A stretch of 64,000 nucleotides of DNA, from contig NC_043008.1 of assembly GCF_006345805.1 (NCBI RefSeq), positions 67,208,001-67,272,000 on the forward strand. The letters are read 5' to 3'. The position numbers were made by a program, and so were the translations under genes. Of this stretch, positions 39,861-52,577 are shown one piece after another (the first letter of the stretch is position 1; every line of letters starts with the position of its first letter). The notes under the pieces are model-generated. The model was given only the letters and a program-made list of their open reading frames with translations, had not been told where the DNA came from and ran no database searches. This DNA comes from Octopus sinensis. Its lineage: Eukaryota.

Positions 39861-40531
39861 GCATTTCGTCACTTGTATTGAGAGATTACCCGTGTCCACT
39901 CGCTTCTACACAAATGCAAGTTTAAGACTTCTTCAGAACATTGACAGTTGGGGACTAATAAATAATCTCATATATTTTCTTTATTACGCTCGTGTTCTTC
40001 AAGAATTTTAAAAACATGAATAAACAAACAGTTTTTAATTCGAAACAGATTGAAGGGATAAAAGTTTAGAAATTTTCTGAAAGGATTAGGAGAATCGTTT
40101 CTCCGATATTTCAAACACACAAAAATAGAGAAAATGAAAAACCGGATAATGTCAAAAAAAAACTAACGGAGAGAAGTTGAAATTTTGATAAATTCAAGGT
40201 TTTAAAATATTCCTTTTTTTTTTTTTTGAAAACACACACACACACGGGAAAAAATTTAAATGACAAAATCCCGGGAAAGTGATCCAAAACTCCGTCAATT
40301 ATTATCATCGGTGTAGTCCACGATATTCCAACGACGGCAAGAGGTCAAATTCTACGAAAACTAACCACTTCCTACAAATTCCTAGATGCAAGAACATTTG
40401 ACTGCGAAAGTGATTTTGTAAGAGTGCAAAAAGAAAAATATGTATTCTAAACAAGTCCAATTATATCATAACATTTGGTAGACATATATACATAGATCCA
40501 AAGTTAATCATTACTTTATACCCAACATTAC

Positions 40532-40599
<68 letters not shown>

Positions 40600-41380
40600 C
40601 ACATTCAGTGGAAGCCGCTTATAATCGCAGGGGTTACCAAATACTTTTTGTTACTAAAATTAGAGGGTTCGAAATACTGTAATGGTACTCATATATTTCT
40701 CCGATAAAAGTTATCAGCTGTTTATTATCTAAAAGGTTCCGCCGTTTCAAAGCAATCACAATAAGTGACTTGCATGTTATTGGCCAGGCCCATATTATAT
40801 CTATAAAGGTACCAAAATCACCAAAAGGTCGTCCATCAATCTGACAATGTGTGCGTGTGAGTGTTGTGTGTGTCTGTGTATCATATATATATATATATAT
40901 ATAAAACACCTGTGAGCATGCATATATGTCCATGTGTGTACATATAAAATATGTATAAATGGCATGTGTGTATATATATATATATATATATACACACTGC
41001 AATATATATGTTGACAAACATCTTGTATACCTTCCAGGGGGGCGGTGGATGTCAAAAATGACATGCAAATTTCCTTTGTCTCCGATCACAATATCCTCAC
41101 CGCCAGGTCAGCATTGCTTTTAATCCTTCAAAAGTCCAGAAGACAAAGTAGGACCTTCCAAAAACTTACTGTTAGTTAGGGACAGGCTCTTTATCTCCTA
41201 AAAGACATCATACACTTTGTCTTCAGATATTTCCTGTTGACTTTTAAATCTTTCACTTCTAATCGTCTTGTTTTTGCGTTGAGAATGAAAAAAAAACATT
41301 GTATGTTTATCTATCAGCTAGTGTGAAAATACAAACGACGTTTGTTCCAGACTTATCTCCAGCAACATATATACATACAT

Positions 41381-41411
<31 letters not shown>

Positions 41412-41983
41412 CATATATATATAAGCTTATACATACACACACAAGCACGTTACTGGCATTGGGTCTATGGAAAACTGGAAACGTCAACAGAATATGGAAA
41501 CAAAATATGTCCCAAAAAGGATGCGAATATACTGCAACAGACACACACAATATAAACAAATTTACTTTGCTCAAAGAAAATTGATCGGTGTGGGGAAAAC
41601 TTATTTCAGTCATTTGGTTTCCCAAGTCAATATACAAATGTGTGTGCGTGTGTATAAAAATATACTATTTGAATACAGTGTGCGTATGTATACTACAGAA
41701 ACTATTATAATGCAGTGTGTGAGAATATATACATAAACACAGAGTATCTGAATTCATTATACAGAAAAGAGAGAAAATAACAGAGAGAGAGAGAGAGAGA
41801 AAGAAAGCGAAAATTATTTGACGATCAAACACAAATGTAGGACAAAACATGGCGGGCGGAGATTTATTATTTCGAAGAAAAAGAAACACCTATAAACATA
41901 GAACTAACACGAGTAAATAGAAACAAATATGAATATAATATAAAAACAGTATTCATTAAGAAAACTTTCAATGAGCAACTTAC

Positions 41984-41990
41984 GACTCAT
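41984..41990 (-). CDS. SERF: SERF coding exon 1 (ATG AGT C)
   Basis: Minus strand reads atgagtc|gtaagt (consensus donor). Phase 1 matches exon 2, which starts GT GGT AAC. Confidence 0.88.
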
Positions 41991-42240
41991 CTCTTCTCTC
42001 TATTTCCTTCACTTCTTTCCAAACAACAGCAGATCTCTTCGCTTTCGATGATATTAAATCTTTTTGCTCACCCACAACTCTCACCTCTGCTCAGTAGCGA
42101 ATCTAACCTTCTTATGATAGTGCGCATGCGTTAATGGATCTCAGCCAATGAAATAACCCCGTGTTAAAAGGTGTGCGGAAACGCTTCTGGTACATTTATT
42201 AATAAGTTCTGTTTTAATAACAGTATAGTTGATTGGTTAG
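41991..42240. promoter_or_regulatory. Bidirectional promoter shared by SERF (-) and ANKRA2/RFXANK (+)
   Basis: NRF1-type TGCGCATGCG at 42121-42130, CCAAT at 42145-42149, ETS-like CGGAA at 42176-42180, reverse CCAAT at 42232-42236. YY1-like aacatggcgg near 41846. CpGs locally retained. Confidence 0.7.
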
Positions 42241-42322
42241 ATCAATTTATTTATTTCCTCCATCAGTTTGTTATTCCATCGTGTAAGTGTTATTGTTCGA
42301 AGATGTGGTTTTATTTATTTCG
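42200..42322 (+). other. ANKRA2: Probable first (mostly 5'UTR) exon of ANKRA2/RFXANK; start position approximate
   Basis: Donor tttc|gtaagc at 42323 just downstream of the promoter. ATG at 42303 is in frame with the next exon (MWFLFIS-N-MTDK). Confidence 0.5.
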
Positions 42323-42349
42323 TAAGCTGGTATCTTCACCGTATACATC

Positions 42350-42366
42350 CATCCATCCATCCATCC

Positions 42367-42418
<52 letters not shown>

Positions 42419-42422
42419 GTCG

Positions 42423-42500
<78 letters not shown>

Positions 42501-42510
42501 CTATCTATCG

Positions 42511-42585
<75 letters not shown>

Positions 42586-42605
42586 GATCGATCTATCTAT
42601 CTATC
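42350..42605. repeat. (TCCA)n/(TCTA)n microsatellite, about 250 bp
   Basis: Direct reading. Confidence 0.95.
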
Positions 42606-43814
42606 AATACATTCTTTTGATGCATGTGTGTATGTAAATGCATATGTATTTGGTTTTGTGCGTGTGTGTAAACTAGAATGAAAACATTTTTTGACAATTC
42701 TATTTATTTCAACCATAAATGACACAAAACAAAAATCTATGTAAATTCCATAATATTAGTGATAAGTAATCACACTTAGATACATATATATCATTCGAGG
42801 TGTGTGTGTGTGTAGTTGTCCGACACTAATTGGCTGTCATGAGACTTCAATGTGTGTATATGTGGTTGGTCAGTCGGCATATCTGATTATCTTTGATCTT
42901 TTGACAATTCTATGACGTTCAGTATGTTTGGTTAACTAAAAAAAAAAAAAGACTACTAATGGTTTTGGAAGAAATGTTTAAAACTGGGTACCGACAACGC
43001 TGCAGACACCAAGTTTAGACTTAAAATCGATGTGATTGTTTGTCAATATTTGGAACGAAGTTTTAGATTTAAAAAATTGTTTTTCGTAAACATGACTTCT
43101 GCTGTCAAACCTCGCGTTATCATAATGTATAATGAATGCATATATATAATATTTGTCGTATGAAATTTATTGCTCGAAACGTTTACAATCGGATGTGTGA
43201 TTTTAAAAAAAAAGTGTTTGTTTTATACTTGTTAAACAACAGCAGAGTTTTGATATGGTTATCCCTACTTTTTAGGGAAAGAAACGGGCAAAGAATTGGG
43301 GCGAGGGGTAAAGTAAAAAAAAAATTCAGGTACAAAAAATTATTTCACTTGTAACTTTCTTTGCACGAAAAGCACCTAATCACTGCAGCAGTAAACTCAT
43401 TATGATTAAATACAAAACAGGATGAAAGTTTCAAATTTAGAGCTAAACATGTAATACAGGAATACTAAAAGAAAATCGCATCGAAATTCCTTGCCCTTTT
43501 CCCTCCCCATGAAGTAGTGATAGCTATGGCTATTTCAATACTCCGTCCATATATCTAAGTACATATAAATATACATTCTGCAAGATATTTTAATTCCTAT
43601 GTGTTTATTTACTACAAATTTTTTTTTAAAAATACAAATATATACAAAGCGACGAGAACATTCTAATGACTTTATGTAAAGGGGAGATAACTCTAGCTAA
43701 ATGGAAAGACTAGCTACCTTACCAGGTAATTCAAGTCGTCAGAACACTGTCATACATTATGTTTTGGGTCACGAATACACACACACACACTTATATATTC
43801 AGTAATAATTTTGG

Positions 43815-44470
43815 CGTGGCTGTGTGGTAAGAAGCTTGCTTCCCAACCACATGATTCCGGGTTCAGTCCCACTGGATGGTACCCTTGGCAAGTGTCTTCT
43901 ACTATAACCTAGGGCACTTAAAACCCCGTGTGTATGTGTGTATAAAGGCACATAGCTCAGCGGTTGGAGCGTCGGTATAACAATCATGAGGTAGTGAGTT
44001 CGATTCCCGGGCCGAGCCCTGTTGTGTTCTTGAACAAGACCCTTTTTGTTGTTCCAGTTCACTCAGTTGTACAAAGGAGTTGCGATATCACTGGTGCCAA
44101 GTTGTATGTATCAGCTTGGATAACATTGGTGGCGTGGGGAGATGGGGTTAGTATGCATGGGCCACTGCTGATCTTCCATAAACAACTTTGCCTGGACTTG
44201 TGCCTGGGAGGGTAACTTTCTAGGCTCAATTCCATGATCATTCATTCCCAAAAGAGTTCTTTACTTTTATATGTGTGTTTGTCCCCCACCACCACTTGAT
44301 AACGGGTGTTAGTCTGTTTACATCCCTGTAACTTATCAGTTTGACAAAACAGATCGATAAAATAAGTACCAGACTTTAAAAAATAAGTACTGAGGTCAAT
44401 TCATTTGATTAAAAAATTTTCAAGGCAGTGCTCCAGCATGGCCACAGTCTAATGACTGAAACAAGTAAAA
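43815..44470 (+). mobile_element. SINE family A split by a nested tRNA-derived SINE family E (about 43945-44250)
   Basis: Family A head at 43815-43930 and tail at 44270-44470. The insert has head gctcagcggttggagcg...gagttcgattccc and body ttgaacaagac...ccagttcactcag. Family E relatives at about 45580-45800 (-) and 49400-49640 (+). Confidence 0.7.
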
Positions 44471-44559
44471 GATATATGTTTGTGTGTATGTATAGAGAAG
44501 TTCCAGGTATGAAGGCAAGGTCTAGAATCGAAGGGCCCTAGAGTTAATCTAGTAAAAAC

Positions 44560-45290
44560 CAAAGTCTTAGTAAGTAGGAAGGCAGAAAAATCACAAATCT
44601 CTTCAGGTAGATGTCCCTGCTCAATCTGTAGAAAAGGCGTCGGTAGAAACTCCATAAGATGCACCTGATGTAAGCCTTGGACACAAATGGTACAGCAATA
44701 TCAGAGGAAGGTTAACAGAGAAACTAGCTTTTGTATGTGGAAGATGCACAGGTACTATAAACACTGAAAATGTGCAGAAAATAGACTCCATCAACTGCCA
44801 GGTGGGCAAGCTAGAGGTAGTAGATAGCTTCCGTTATCTAGGTGACCAAGTTAGTAGTGGAGGTGAATGTTCCAAGAGCATAGCTGTGAGAATAAGATTA
44901 GACTGGGCAAAGTTTAGAGAGCTCCTCTCTCTGCTTGCAACAAAGGGCCTCTCTCTCAGAGTAAAAGGAAGATTGTACGATGCCTGTGTACGAACTGCTA
45001 TGCTACATGACAGTGAGAAATGGGCTGTGACAGCCAAGGACATGCATTGGCTTGAAAGAAATGAAGCTAGTATGCTTCACTGGATTTGCAATGTCAGTGT
45101 GCATGTTCAACAGAGTGTAAGCATCTTGAGAGAAAAGGCATAAGAGGTATCAGGTGTGCTGCCATGGTCATGTGAATCATATGAACAAGGACAGCTGTGT
45201 AAAGAGCTGCCGATCTCTAACTGGAAAAAACCTGTGGTAGTGGTAAACCCAGGAAGACATGGGACAAAGTGGTGAAGCATGCATACATAA
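44560..45290 (+). mobile_element. RTE-clade LINE 3' fragment (C-terminal RT region)
   Basis: ORF 44772..45143: FRYLGDQVSSGG...RIRLDWAKFRELLSLL...KGRLYDACVRTAMLHDSEKW. Confidence 0.8.
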
Positions 45291-46398
45291 ATACATACAT
45301 ACATATAGGTGCAGATGTAGGCATATGGCTTTAAAGTTTCCTTTCTAACAACATGCCTTCAGGTTCAGTCCTACTGTGCAGCACCTTGGGTAAGCATCTT
45401 GTACTCTAGTCTCAGGCCAACCAAAGCTTTGTGAGTGGATTTAGTAGGCAGAAACTGAATGAAGCCCACTTATGTTAGAACTACGATACTGGATGGTAGC
45501 AAGACATGGACCTTGGTTGCAGAGGACTTGAAAGAAATGAAGTGAGCTTGCTCTATTGGATGTGCACTGTGAGAGTGTGTGTGAAAGACATAGTTCAAGG
45601 GTGCTGAGTGGAAAACAGGCCAGTGAGATTCAGTATGACACAGAATGTGACAAAGCTGTCCCTTTGAATTACAGTACAACTCATTTTTGTCAGCTGAGTG
45701 AACTGAAACGTGAAATAAAGTGTCTTGCTCAAGGATACAATGCACAGCTTGGAATCAAACTCACAACCTTACGATTGTAAGCTGAATACCCTAACTATTA
45801 AGCTATGCATCTCCACACACACATATATATGTACAACTGGGTCCTTCTTCCAATTTTCTTCCTCCTCAAGACAGCCACTCCCCATCATCTTAACTTTAAT
45901 TCTCTCTTGATACCACTTCCTCTCTACCCAGAATAACTTTTCTTTCTATGCATCATTCATTGATTAATTCTGTTCTCTCCACCCAGACTCTCATTGGTCA
46001 CCTACCTCCATTATGTCACCAAATTATCTCACCACATCTCACCATCTCTATACACTGTGGCTGCCTCTCTCTTTACCTCATCCACTCCTGCAGCTACTCA
46101 CCAGCATGTCATACCGCATTTTCTTCTCCTTATCTCCTCCACTTCTTGTTGTCACTATCATCTATGCTCATCAATGGAGCAAGGATAATTAATCTTTGGT
46201 TACTGTTGAGGGTTTAATGTTGTTCCTCTTTCAATTAGTTTTATGGTTGGTGGTGGAATGAGGTGGAGAGCTTGTGTTTATCTTTCTTTGGCAGTGATGT
46301 ATTTATTGTAGTTAGACATAGGAATATGTTTTAATCCAAAATTTAAAACTTTCAAGATATTTTCTCTTCTGCAGTTTCTTCTTGACTTTTCCAGAAAT

Positions 46399-46500
46399 AT
46401 GACTGACAAAACAAAAACCCAGTTTCCCCCACCTCAGTCAACAGTAGCGATCCCAAGTCCACAAGAACCTGGATACAAGTTAACAGATTCTGCTACAAAA
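46399..46500 (+). CDS. ANKRA2: ANKRA2/RFXANK coding exon (MTDKTKTQFPPPQSTVAIPSPQEPGYKLTDSATK)
   Basis: Acceptor ttttccag at 46394, donor gtaagt at 46501, phase 0. Confidence 0.75.
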
Positions 46501-46870
46501 GTAAGTAGTGGCCTAAATATTCTACTGCTCTTGTTTGAATTATAACAGTCTGCCAGGCCACAAACAAGTAAACATTGAATTTACATTCATTACATCTTTG
46601 GCGGGTACCTCCCAACCACAAAAAAGTGACACCATCATCATTTTTGACATCACTTTTCCATGCTTCACGGGTCAGATAGAATTTGTTGAGATAGATTTTC
46701 AACAAACAGATGTCCTGCCTATTGCCAACCCCAACCTGCTACCAAGCAGCATAATATTTTGTCATGGAAGACACAGGAAACTAACAACATCACTTGTAAT
46801 ACTCATTTTCAATCATCACATGATGTCAAAACAAAGGTACACACAAACACCCTCTTCATACACACACACG

Positions 46871-47250
46871 TGGAGGCGCAATGACCCAGTGATTAGGGCA
46901 GCGGACTCACGGTCATAGGATCGTGGTTTCGATTCCCAGACCGGGCGTTGTGAGTGTTTATTGAGCGAAAACACCTAAAGCTCATCGAGGCTCCGGCAGG
47001 GATGGTGGTGATCCCTGCTGTACTCTTTCACCACAACTTTCTCTCACTCTTACTTCCTGTTTCTGTTGTACCTGTATTTCAAAGGGCCGGCCTTGTCACT
47101 CTCTGTGTCACGCTGAATATCCCCAAGAACTACGTTAAGGGTACACGTGTCTGTGGAGTGCTCAGCCACTTACACGTTAATTTCACGAGCAGGTTGTTCC
47201 ATTGATTCGGATCAACCGGAACCCTCGTCGTCGTAACCGACGGAGTGCTT
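46871..47250 (+). mobile_element. SINE family D
   Basis: Near-identical to 15015-15415. Confidence 0.85.
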
Positions 47251-47498
47251 CACAAAACACACACACACACATATTTAAATATATATACACATGCACACAG
47301 GGTTTCACATATTTTCCATCTACAAAATTCTATTGGCAAGGCATAGGTCAACTGGAGGCTATATAATGTTGTCGCTAAGCAATGAGATTGAACTCAGAAC
47401 CACATGGTTACCATTGTTATGAAGCAAACTTCTTAACCATGCAGCAATTCTTGTGCCACAGTTATTAATTTATTTTTATTATTTTCCATTTCTTCCAG

Positions 47499-47634
47499 CA
47501 TGTAACCAGTAGAAGCAGAGTTCCGATTAGCCCAGTGAAGAAACTAACCAATGGACGTTCCTACCACCTCATGTCTCCTATCGACAGTGACCAGGAACTC
47601 AATGATCTAGAAGTGGCTACAGTCTTGGCTGAAG
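47499..47634 (+). CDS. ANKRA2: ANKRA2/RFXANK coding exon (HVTSRSRVPISPVKKLTNGRSYHLMSPIDSDQELNDLEVATVLAE)
   Basis: Strong acceptor tttccatttcttccag, 136 nt open, phase 0->1. Donor gttaaa is weak. Confidence 0.78.
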
Positions 47635-48194
47635 GTTAAAATTCCTTTTGTTTTTGTTATTATTATTGTTGCTATTTAACTCCAAGTCAAAACTAAGCAA
47701 GCAAAGAGATTCAGAGCTGTGATCATGCTTTCTTTTGTTATTTATTCAGAGATAATGATTCCAGTCCAATATGTTTTTCTTTAATCTGGTTTTTTCAGAC
47801 TATCTGATGTAAACAAACAAACACTCACTCACTCACACACAGGCTTCTCCCTCATAGTGAAAGGCAGATTGCATGAGGCCTATGTATGAACAGCTTTGCT
47901 ACATGGCAATGAGACATGAGCTGTAACTACTGAGGATATGTGAAGGTTTGAAAGAAATGAAGCCAGTATGCTCCGATGAATGGGTAATGTCAGTGGTCAT
48001 ATATGGCAGAGTGTAAGTGATGTAAATGCACCTGTGCCAGTGCTGCATAAAAGCACCCAGTACACTCTGTATGGTGATTGGCTTTAGGAAGGGCATTCAG
48101 CTGTGGAAAGCATACCAAAACAGAACAAAGCCTGGGCCAACTCCTGGCAAACTGCTCAACCCATGCCAGCATGGAAAACAGATGACATAATGAC

Positions 48195-48228
<34 letters not shown>

Positions 48229-48833
48229 TAATAATAATAATAAAGAGTATGGAGACTTGTACTTCCATAACATTTATTTTATTGTTATATACAGCATATT
48301 ATAATGATCTACACATGTTTCCAATGCAGCTTCATCAGGGCCATCTAGTATTTGGTTGTTCTCAAAATGAATTAATCATTGGGGTTAACCATCAACTGGA
48401 ACTCAACGGAGGGTTAATAGGGTATCCATCCAAATAATATATCCCTCCAGACTCACTTTCATATATATTTATATATATATATATGGGCTTTAAGTTGCTG
48501 TCTACCAAATTCACTGACAGCCTGTGGCTATAATAGAAGACACTTGCCTTCAGTGCTAGTATGGATTAGACAAGACTTATTGAGGTAATTTTTCTACACC
48601 TGGATGCTCTTCCTATCACCAGCCTTCATTTATTTCCAAGAAAGGTACTATTTCTCTCAGTCTTTTGAACAAAGAACAAACCACATACACTAATTTGCAT
48701 ATTTTATTAATGTTTTCATGGCAGAAAGATGAAATATTAAATTAACTGTGTTAGAAGTGTTTCTTTTCTTTGCTATGATCTATTATAGAACATATCTATA
48801 GGTACAAATTAGATTATATTTTTTTTTTCAAAG

Positions 48834-49190
48834 ACAGAATTACCATCAGAACAGCAGAAATACTGAGTAAGTTACCCTTACAAAGTGGAAAAATTTGTCA
48901 ACAGCCATGGGACATGAACCCCTATCCCTCATAGTCTCCAGCTGAGTACTTTACCATTAAGCTAAACTGCCCGCTGACAAATTTATTGGCAATTTTAGAT
49001 GCTAAATAGCTAAATGCACAACTCTGTGTATATAAGTATAAGCAAACTAACATTCGTTTTTATAATGTGTACTGAACAATACAAATTGGATTTTTTTTTT
49101 TCGGAATGCAGAATTGCCGATAGAACAGCAGAAATACTGAGAAAATTACTCTTACAAAGCAGAAAAATTTGTCAACTAACAGCCATGGGT
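48834..49190 (-). mobile_element. Two fragments of a diverged tRNA-headed SINE
   Basis: Minus strand tagcttaatggtaaagtactc...ggttcatgtccc (A/B-box-like) at 48965-48905. An about 78-bp body is repeated at 49109-49190. Confidence 0.5.
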
Positions 49191-50179
49191 CTTTTAGTCA
49201 ACACAATATGTTAAGATGATTATACACAGCTGCTTATGAACATTCCAAAAGGAGTCAAAATATGCACACAGTTGTTGTCACTTTTTCTGTCTGCACATCT
49301 ATTGTACAAACGAATATGTACAGTTGTAACCATCCTCCTCATTCTCTTCTTCATCATCATTATCACCATCATCATTATTCCTACATTTACTTTTCCATGT
49401 GGAGGCACGTGGCTTAGTAGTTAGTGTGTTGAACTCATGATTGTAAAGTTGTGGTTTTGATTCCTGGACTGGGCGATACATTCTGTTCTTGAGCAAAACA
49501 CTTCATTTCACTTTGCTCAAGTCCACTCAGCTAGCAAATATGAGTAATCCTGCAATGGACTGGCATCCCATCCAAGTGGGGAATTTCTACATCACTGAAA
49601 CCAGGAAACCGGCCCTTATGAGCCTGGCATGGCTTGAGAAGGAACATTTTTTTTTACTTTTCCATGCTTGCATGGGTCAGATGAAATTTATTGAGACAGG
49701 TTTTCTATGGTCATCTGTCTTTCCTGTCGACACCCTTCACCTGTTTCCAGTCATGGCAATATTTTCCCAAAGCTGAACATGTTTATACAGAAGACTGAAC
49801 ACAAGGGAGACCATTTGAATAGCAAAGCACTTGTTTACAACTCTGTCTCATGTTGCCAAGACAAGGAGGTCGAAATTCACTCAGACAGCCAGTCAGACCT
49901 CTTTTAGTTTCTGTCTACCAAATCCACTCACAAGACTTTGCTCAGTCTGAGGTTATAATAGACATTTGTCCAGAGTACCACACAGTGAGACTGAACCCAA
50001 ACCAGGCAGCTGGGAAGCAAATTGCTTAACCAGACAGCCATGTCTGCACCAATGTTAGCTCCAAAGCCTATAGATATGTTGTTCAGCACATTATAGTATA
50101 GTATAAACTCTTTGTCTTGTCTAATATCTGATCAATGTCAACTAAACTTAATAATTTTAATGTTTCTTTTTCTTTCCAG

Positions 50180-50265
50180 GAGAATCTCATGTGCAGAAAT
50201 ACTCAGCAATCAACAAAAACCGAAAGTCTGACCTAGCCATCAAAGTGACCCCATCACCATTCAGG
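50180..50265 (+). CDS. ANKRA2: ANKRA2/RFXANK coding exon (GESHVQKYSAINKNRKSDLAIKVTPSPFR)
   Basis: Acceptor tttctttttctttccag, donor gtaggt, phase 1->0. Confidence 0.85.
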
Positions 50266-50676
50266 GTAGGTACTTGGGATAATGCTTTGTTTGGAGGTAA
50301 TATACTTTGGTTTTCAGCAAATCTTGATTTTTGATGTGGTTTTGAAGGGTACATCAGCTCAATCACCATTCTAAGTTGATATCCTTTGTTGGTACTTTCT
50401 TTTTAAAAAATGTTTTGATAAGTAAATTCATCAGAGATTCAATTTCTTCACAAATTCCAGTTAAGTACCCAGGTGTGTCTTTTTTCTGAATTGGTTTATG
50501 TATGTTTTGGGATTTTTTTTTTTTACCCTGCGAATAGAGGAAGTGTACTTGTCACTTTTTTCATGGCACCAGCACAAGTGAATTTGTGTTGTTACTCTCT
50601 CTATATATATATTGATAGAAATGTTAAGACAACAAAAGAATGAAAGAGACCTCGATATTATGTAAATAGAGAAATT

Positions 50677-50879
50677 TATCTGTAAATATAATATGTGACA
50701 ATTATTCAGTAGCCACAATAAAACTCCAAGTTTCAGATGTCAGGGCGGAAACCCACGCTGCCATTCTTTCGATGTCCAGATAACTGAAGAGATGGCGATG
50801 TGGGTTTGCACCCCGACATCCGAAACGCGGAGTTTTATTATGGCTACCGAATAATTGTCACATATTATATTTACAGATA
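50677..50879. repeat. About 200-bp fold-back with a hammerhead-like core in loop and right arm
   Basis: Arms of about 85-90 bp. CTGAAGA at 50784-50790, GAAA CGCG at 50822-50829. Confidence 0.8.
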
Positions 50880-51519
50880 TATATATACACACACACACAT
50901 GTATAAATGTGTATGTATGTATATCGATATGGAAGAGTCGTAAACTATATTAAATATGTATATATATTTTACATAGTTCTAGCATTATCTAATATAAAAT
51001 TCAATACATCAGGAAGACTGGCTAGATATGTTTATATCAAAAGTTAACAGTCTACCCCTGGCTTTACCCCTGGTTGGGCCCATCTCCACCCATATTCATG
51101 GCCTTGCTCTTTTATTGGAAACACTTATTTTGAAGCCAATGTGGATTGACAGAATCATTTGAGTGTTGGTCAAAATGCCTTATGGTATTTATTCTGACTC
51201 TTCGTATTTTAAGTTCATATCCTGCCAATGTCAATTTTGCTCTTCATTCTTTTGCTGGTTGTGAAGAGAGTGTGGCAATGAAATAAAGTACTAGTCAAAT
51301 ATCAAACCTATTTTAGAAAGTGTCTTCAGTTTTCCTTGAAAATTTAACCAGTCATGGGGAAATATTATCTTGCTTGGAAACAGGCAAGTATTGGTGATAG
51401 GAAGAGCATCTAGTTCTAGAAAATCTGTCTTCATGAATTTCATCTGGCTCCATGCCAGAATGGGAAAGTGAACGTTAAAGCAATAATGACCAATGATGAT
51501 GTCTACAGCAGCGAGTCAT

Positions 51520-51985
51520 AAGCCGATGAGGGTGGAAGATATTACGCTACTAGAATCCTTCGATCACCTCTGTCTACGCTGCATCCTTCGTGTCCAATGG
51601 CATCACTTTGTCTCTAACATTTCGGTGCGACACCAGTGCAAAATCACCTCCCTCCGACAAGTCATCCTAACGAGACGTCTGCGTTGGCTGGGTCATGCTC
51701 TCCGTCGTCAACCAGGAGAATTCATCTACGAAGCAATTGCCCCAGCTCCCCTTCAGGGTTGACGAAAGCGATGTGGTGGACAACGAAAAACCTGGCTGAT
51801 GACAGTCAAGGCTGATCTGGAACCCAACCTGGGCCCCCATATCTACAGCGTTCGCAGCTGGAATAAGGAGTGGTTGGAGATCATGCGGTCGTTAGCCTCA
51901 AATCGCCAGGTCTGATCGGCGTTTGTGAGAGATGCAGCGTTGAGGATGAATGAAGCCAGCTCAACCCACCCCGGGTGAATGCTGT
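51520..51985 (+). mobile_element. RTE-clade LINE 3' end (second family)
   Basis: LESFDHLCLRCILRVQW..VSN..VR...RRLRWLGHALR...GGQRKTW, then 3' end tcaacccaccccgggtgaatg and (CAA)n. Confidence 0.8.
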
Positions 51986-52510
51986 CTCAACAACAACTAC
52001 TCTGACATAGCTGGTGCTGGTGTCATATAAAAATCAACCTGTACAGTCTATAAAATGGTTGGTGTTAGGAAGGACATCCAGCATTAGAACCCATACCAAA
52101 ACAGACAGTTGAGCTTCATCCAGTCTTCTGGCTCACCAGCTCCTGTCAAACCACCCAACCATGCCAGTATGGAAAAGGGACATTAAATGGTGGAGATAAT
52201 AAGATCACTTACGTTGGAGAGTACAGGTTAAATTGATCCCAATACTTGTTAGATATTTAATTTTGTTAACCCCAGAAGGATGGAAGTCAAAGGTGACCAT
52301 GCCAGGGCCCTAACTAAATATTGCAAGGCATTTTTCCTAGTCTTCCAATCACTTTTAAAAAAGAAAAGGATTTTAATCATTGACTGTTATAGTTTTCTCT
52401 TCACATTTTTATTTCCTGTTAACTCTTTACTTAAATATGCTAACCTTTAATGAACATATGAATTTCTCTTTGCCTGTCTGTCTTAATATTTTTGTTGTTG
52501 CTGCTTTCAG

Positions 52511-52577
52511 CCTTCTACTGTGATCACCAACCTACAGCGTGGTAATGTACAAACGACAACACCATCAATATTTCAGA
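52511..52577 (+). CDS. ANKRA2: ANKRA2/RFXANK coding exon (PSTVITNLQRGNVQTTTPSIFQ)
   Basis: Acceptor ctgctttcag, donor gtaaga. Conserved STxxTNxxRGN motif of the family. Confidence 0.9.

Larger units (their letters stand above)
25781..41990 (-). other. SERF: SERF gene span (ATG to stop), small EDRK-rich factor, 69 aa: MSRGNQRDKARQKNLKKQEESRKKSTADKKTGNKGMTLEERRHRDADIMRKKQEKNKGTEPAGSAVAEK
   Basis: Three exons (7+124+79 = 210 nt) join in frame with GT-AG sites. The MxRGNQR...RQKNxKK...RxxRDAxxMxxKQ pattern and the 7-nt first coding exon are typical of the SERF family. Confidence 0.93.

Noticed and set aside
41140-41230. Box C/D snoRNA candidate inside an 11-bp stem (minus strand)
   Set aside because: The C box is imperfect (ATGATGT) and there is no CTGA D box before the closing stem.
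43945-44030. tRNA genes at SINE heads (also 12000-12090, 15340-15415, 46871-46945)
   Set aside because: A/B boxes are present but there is no complete cloverleaf, and each continues into a repeat body.
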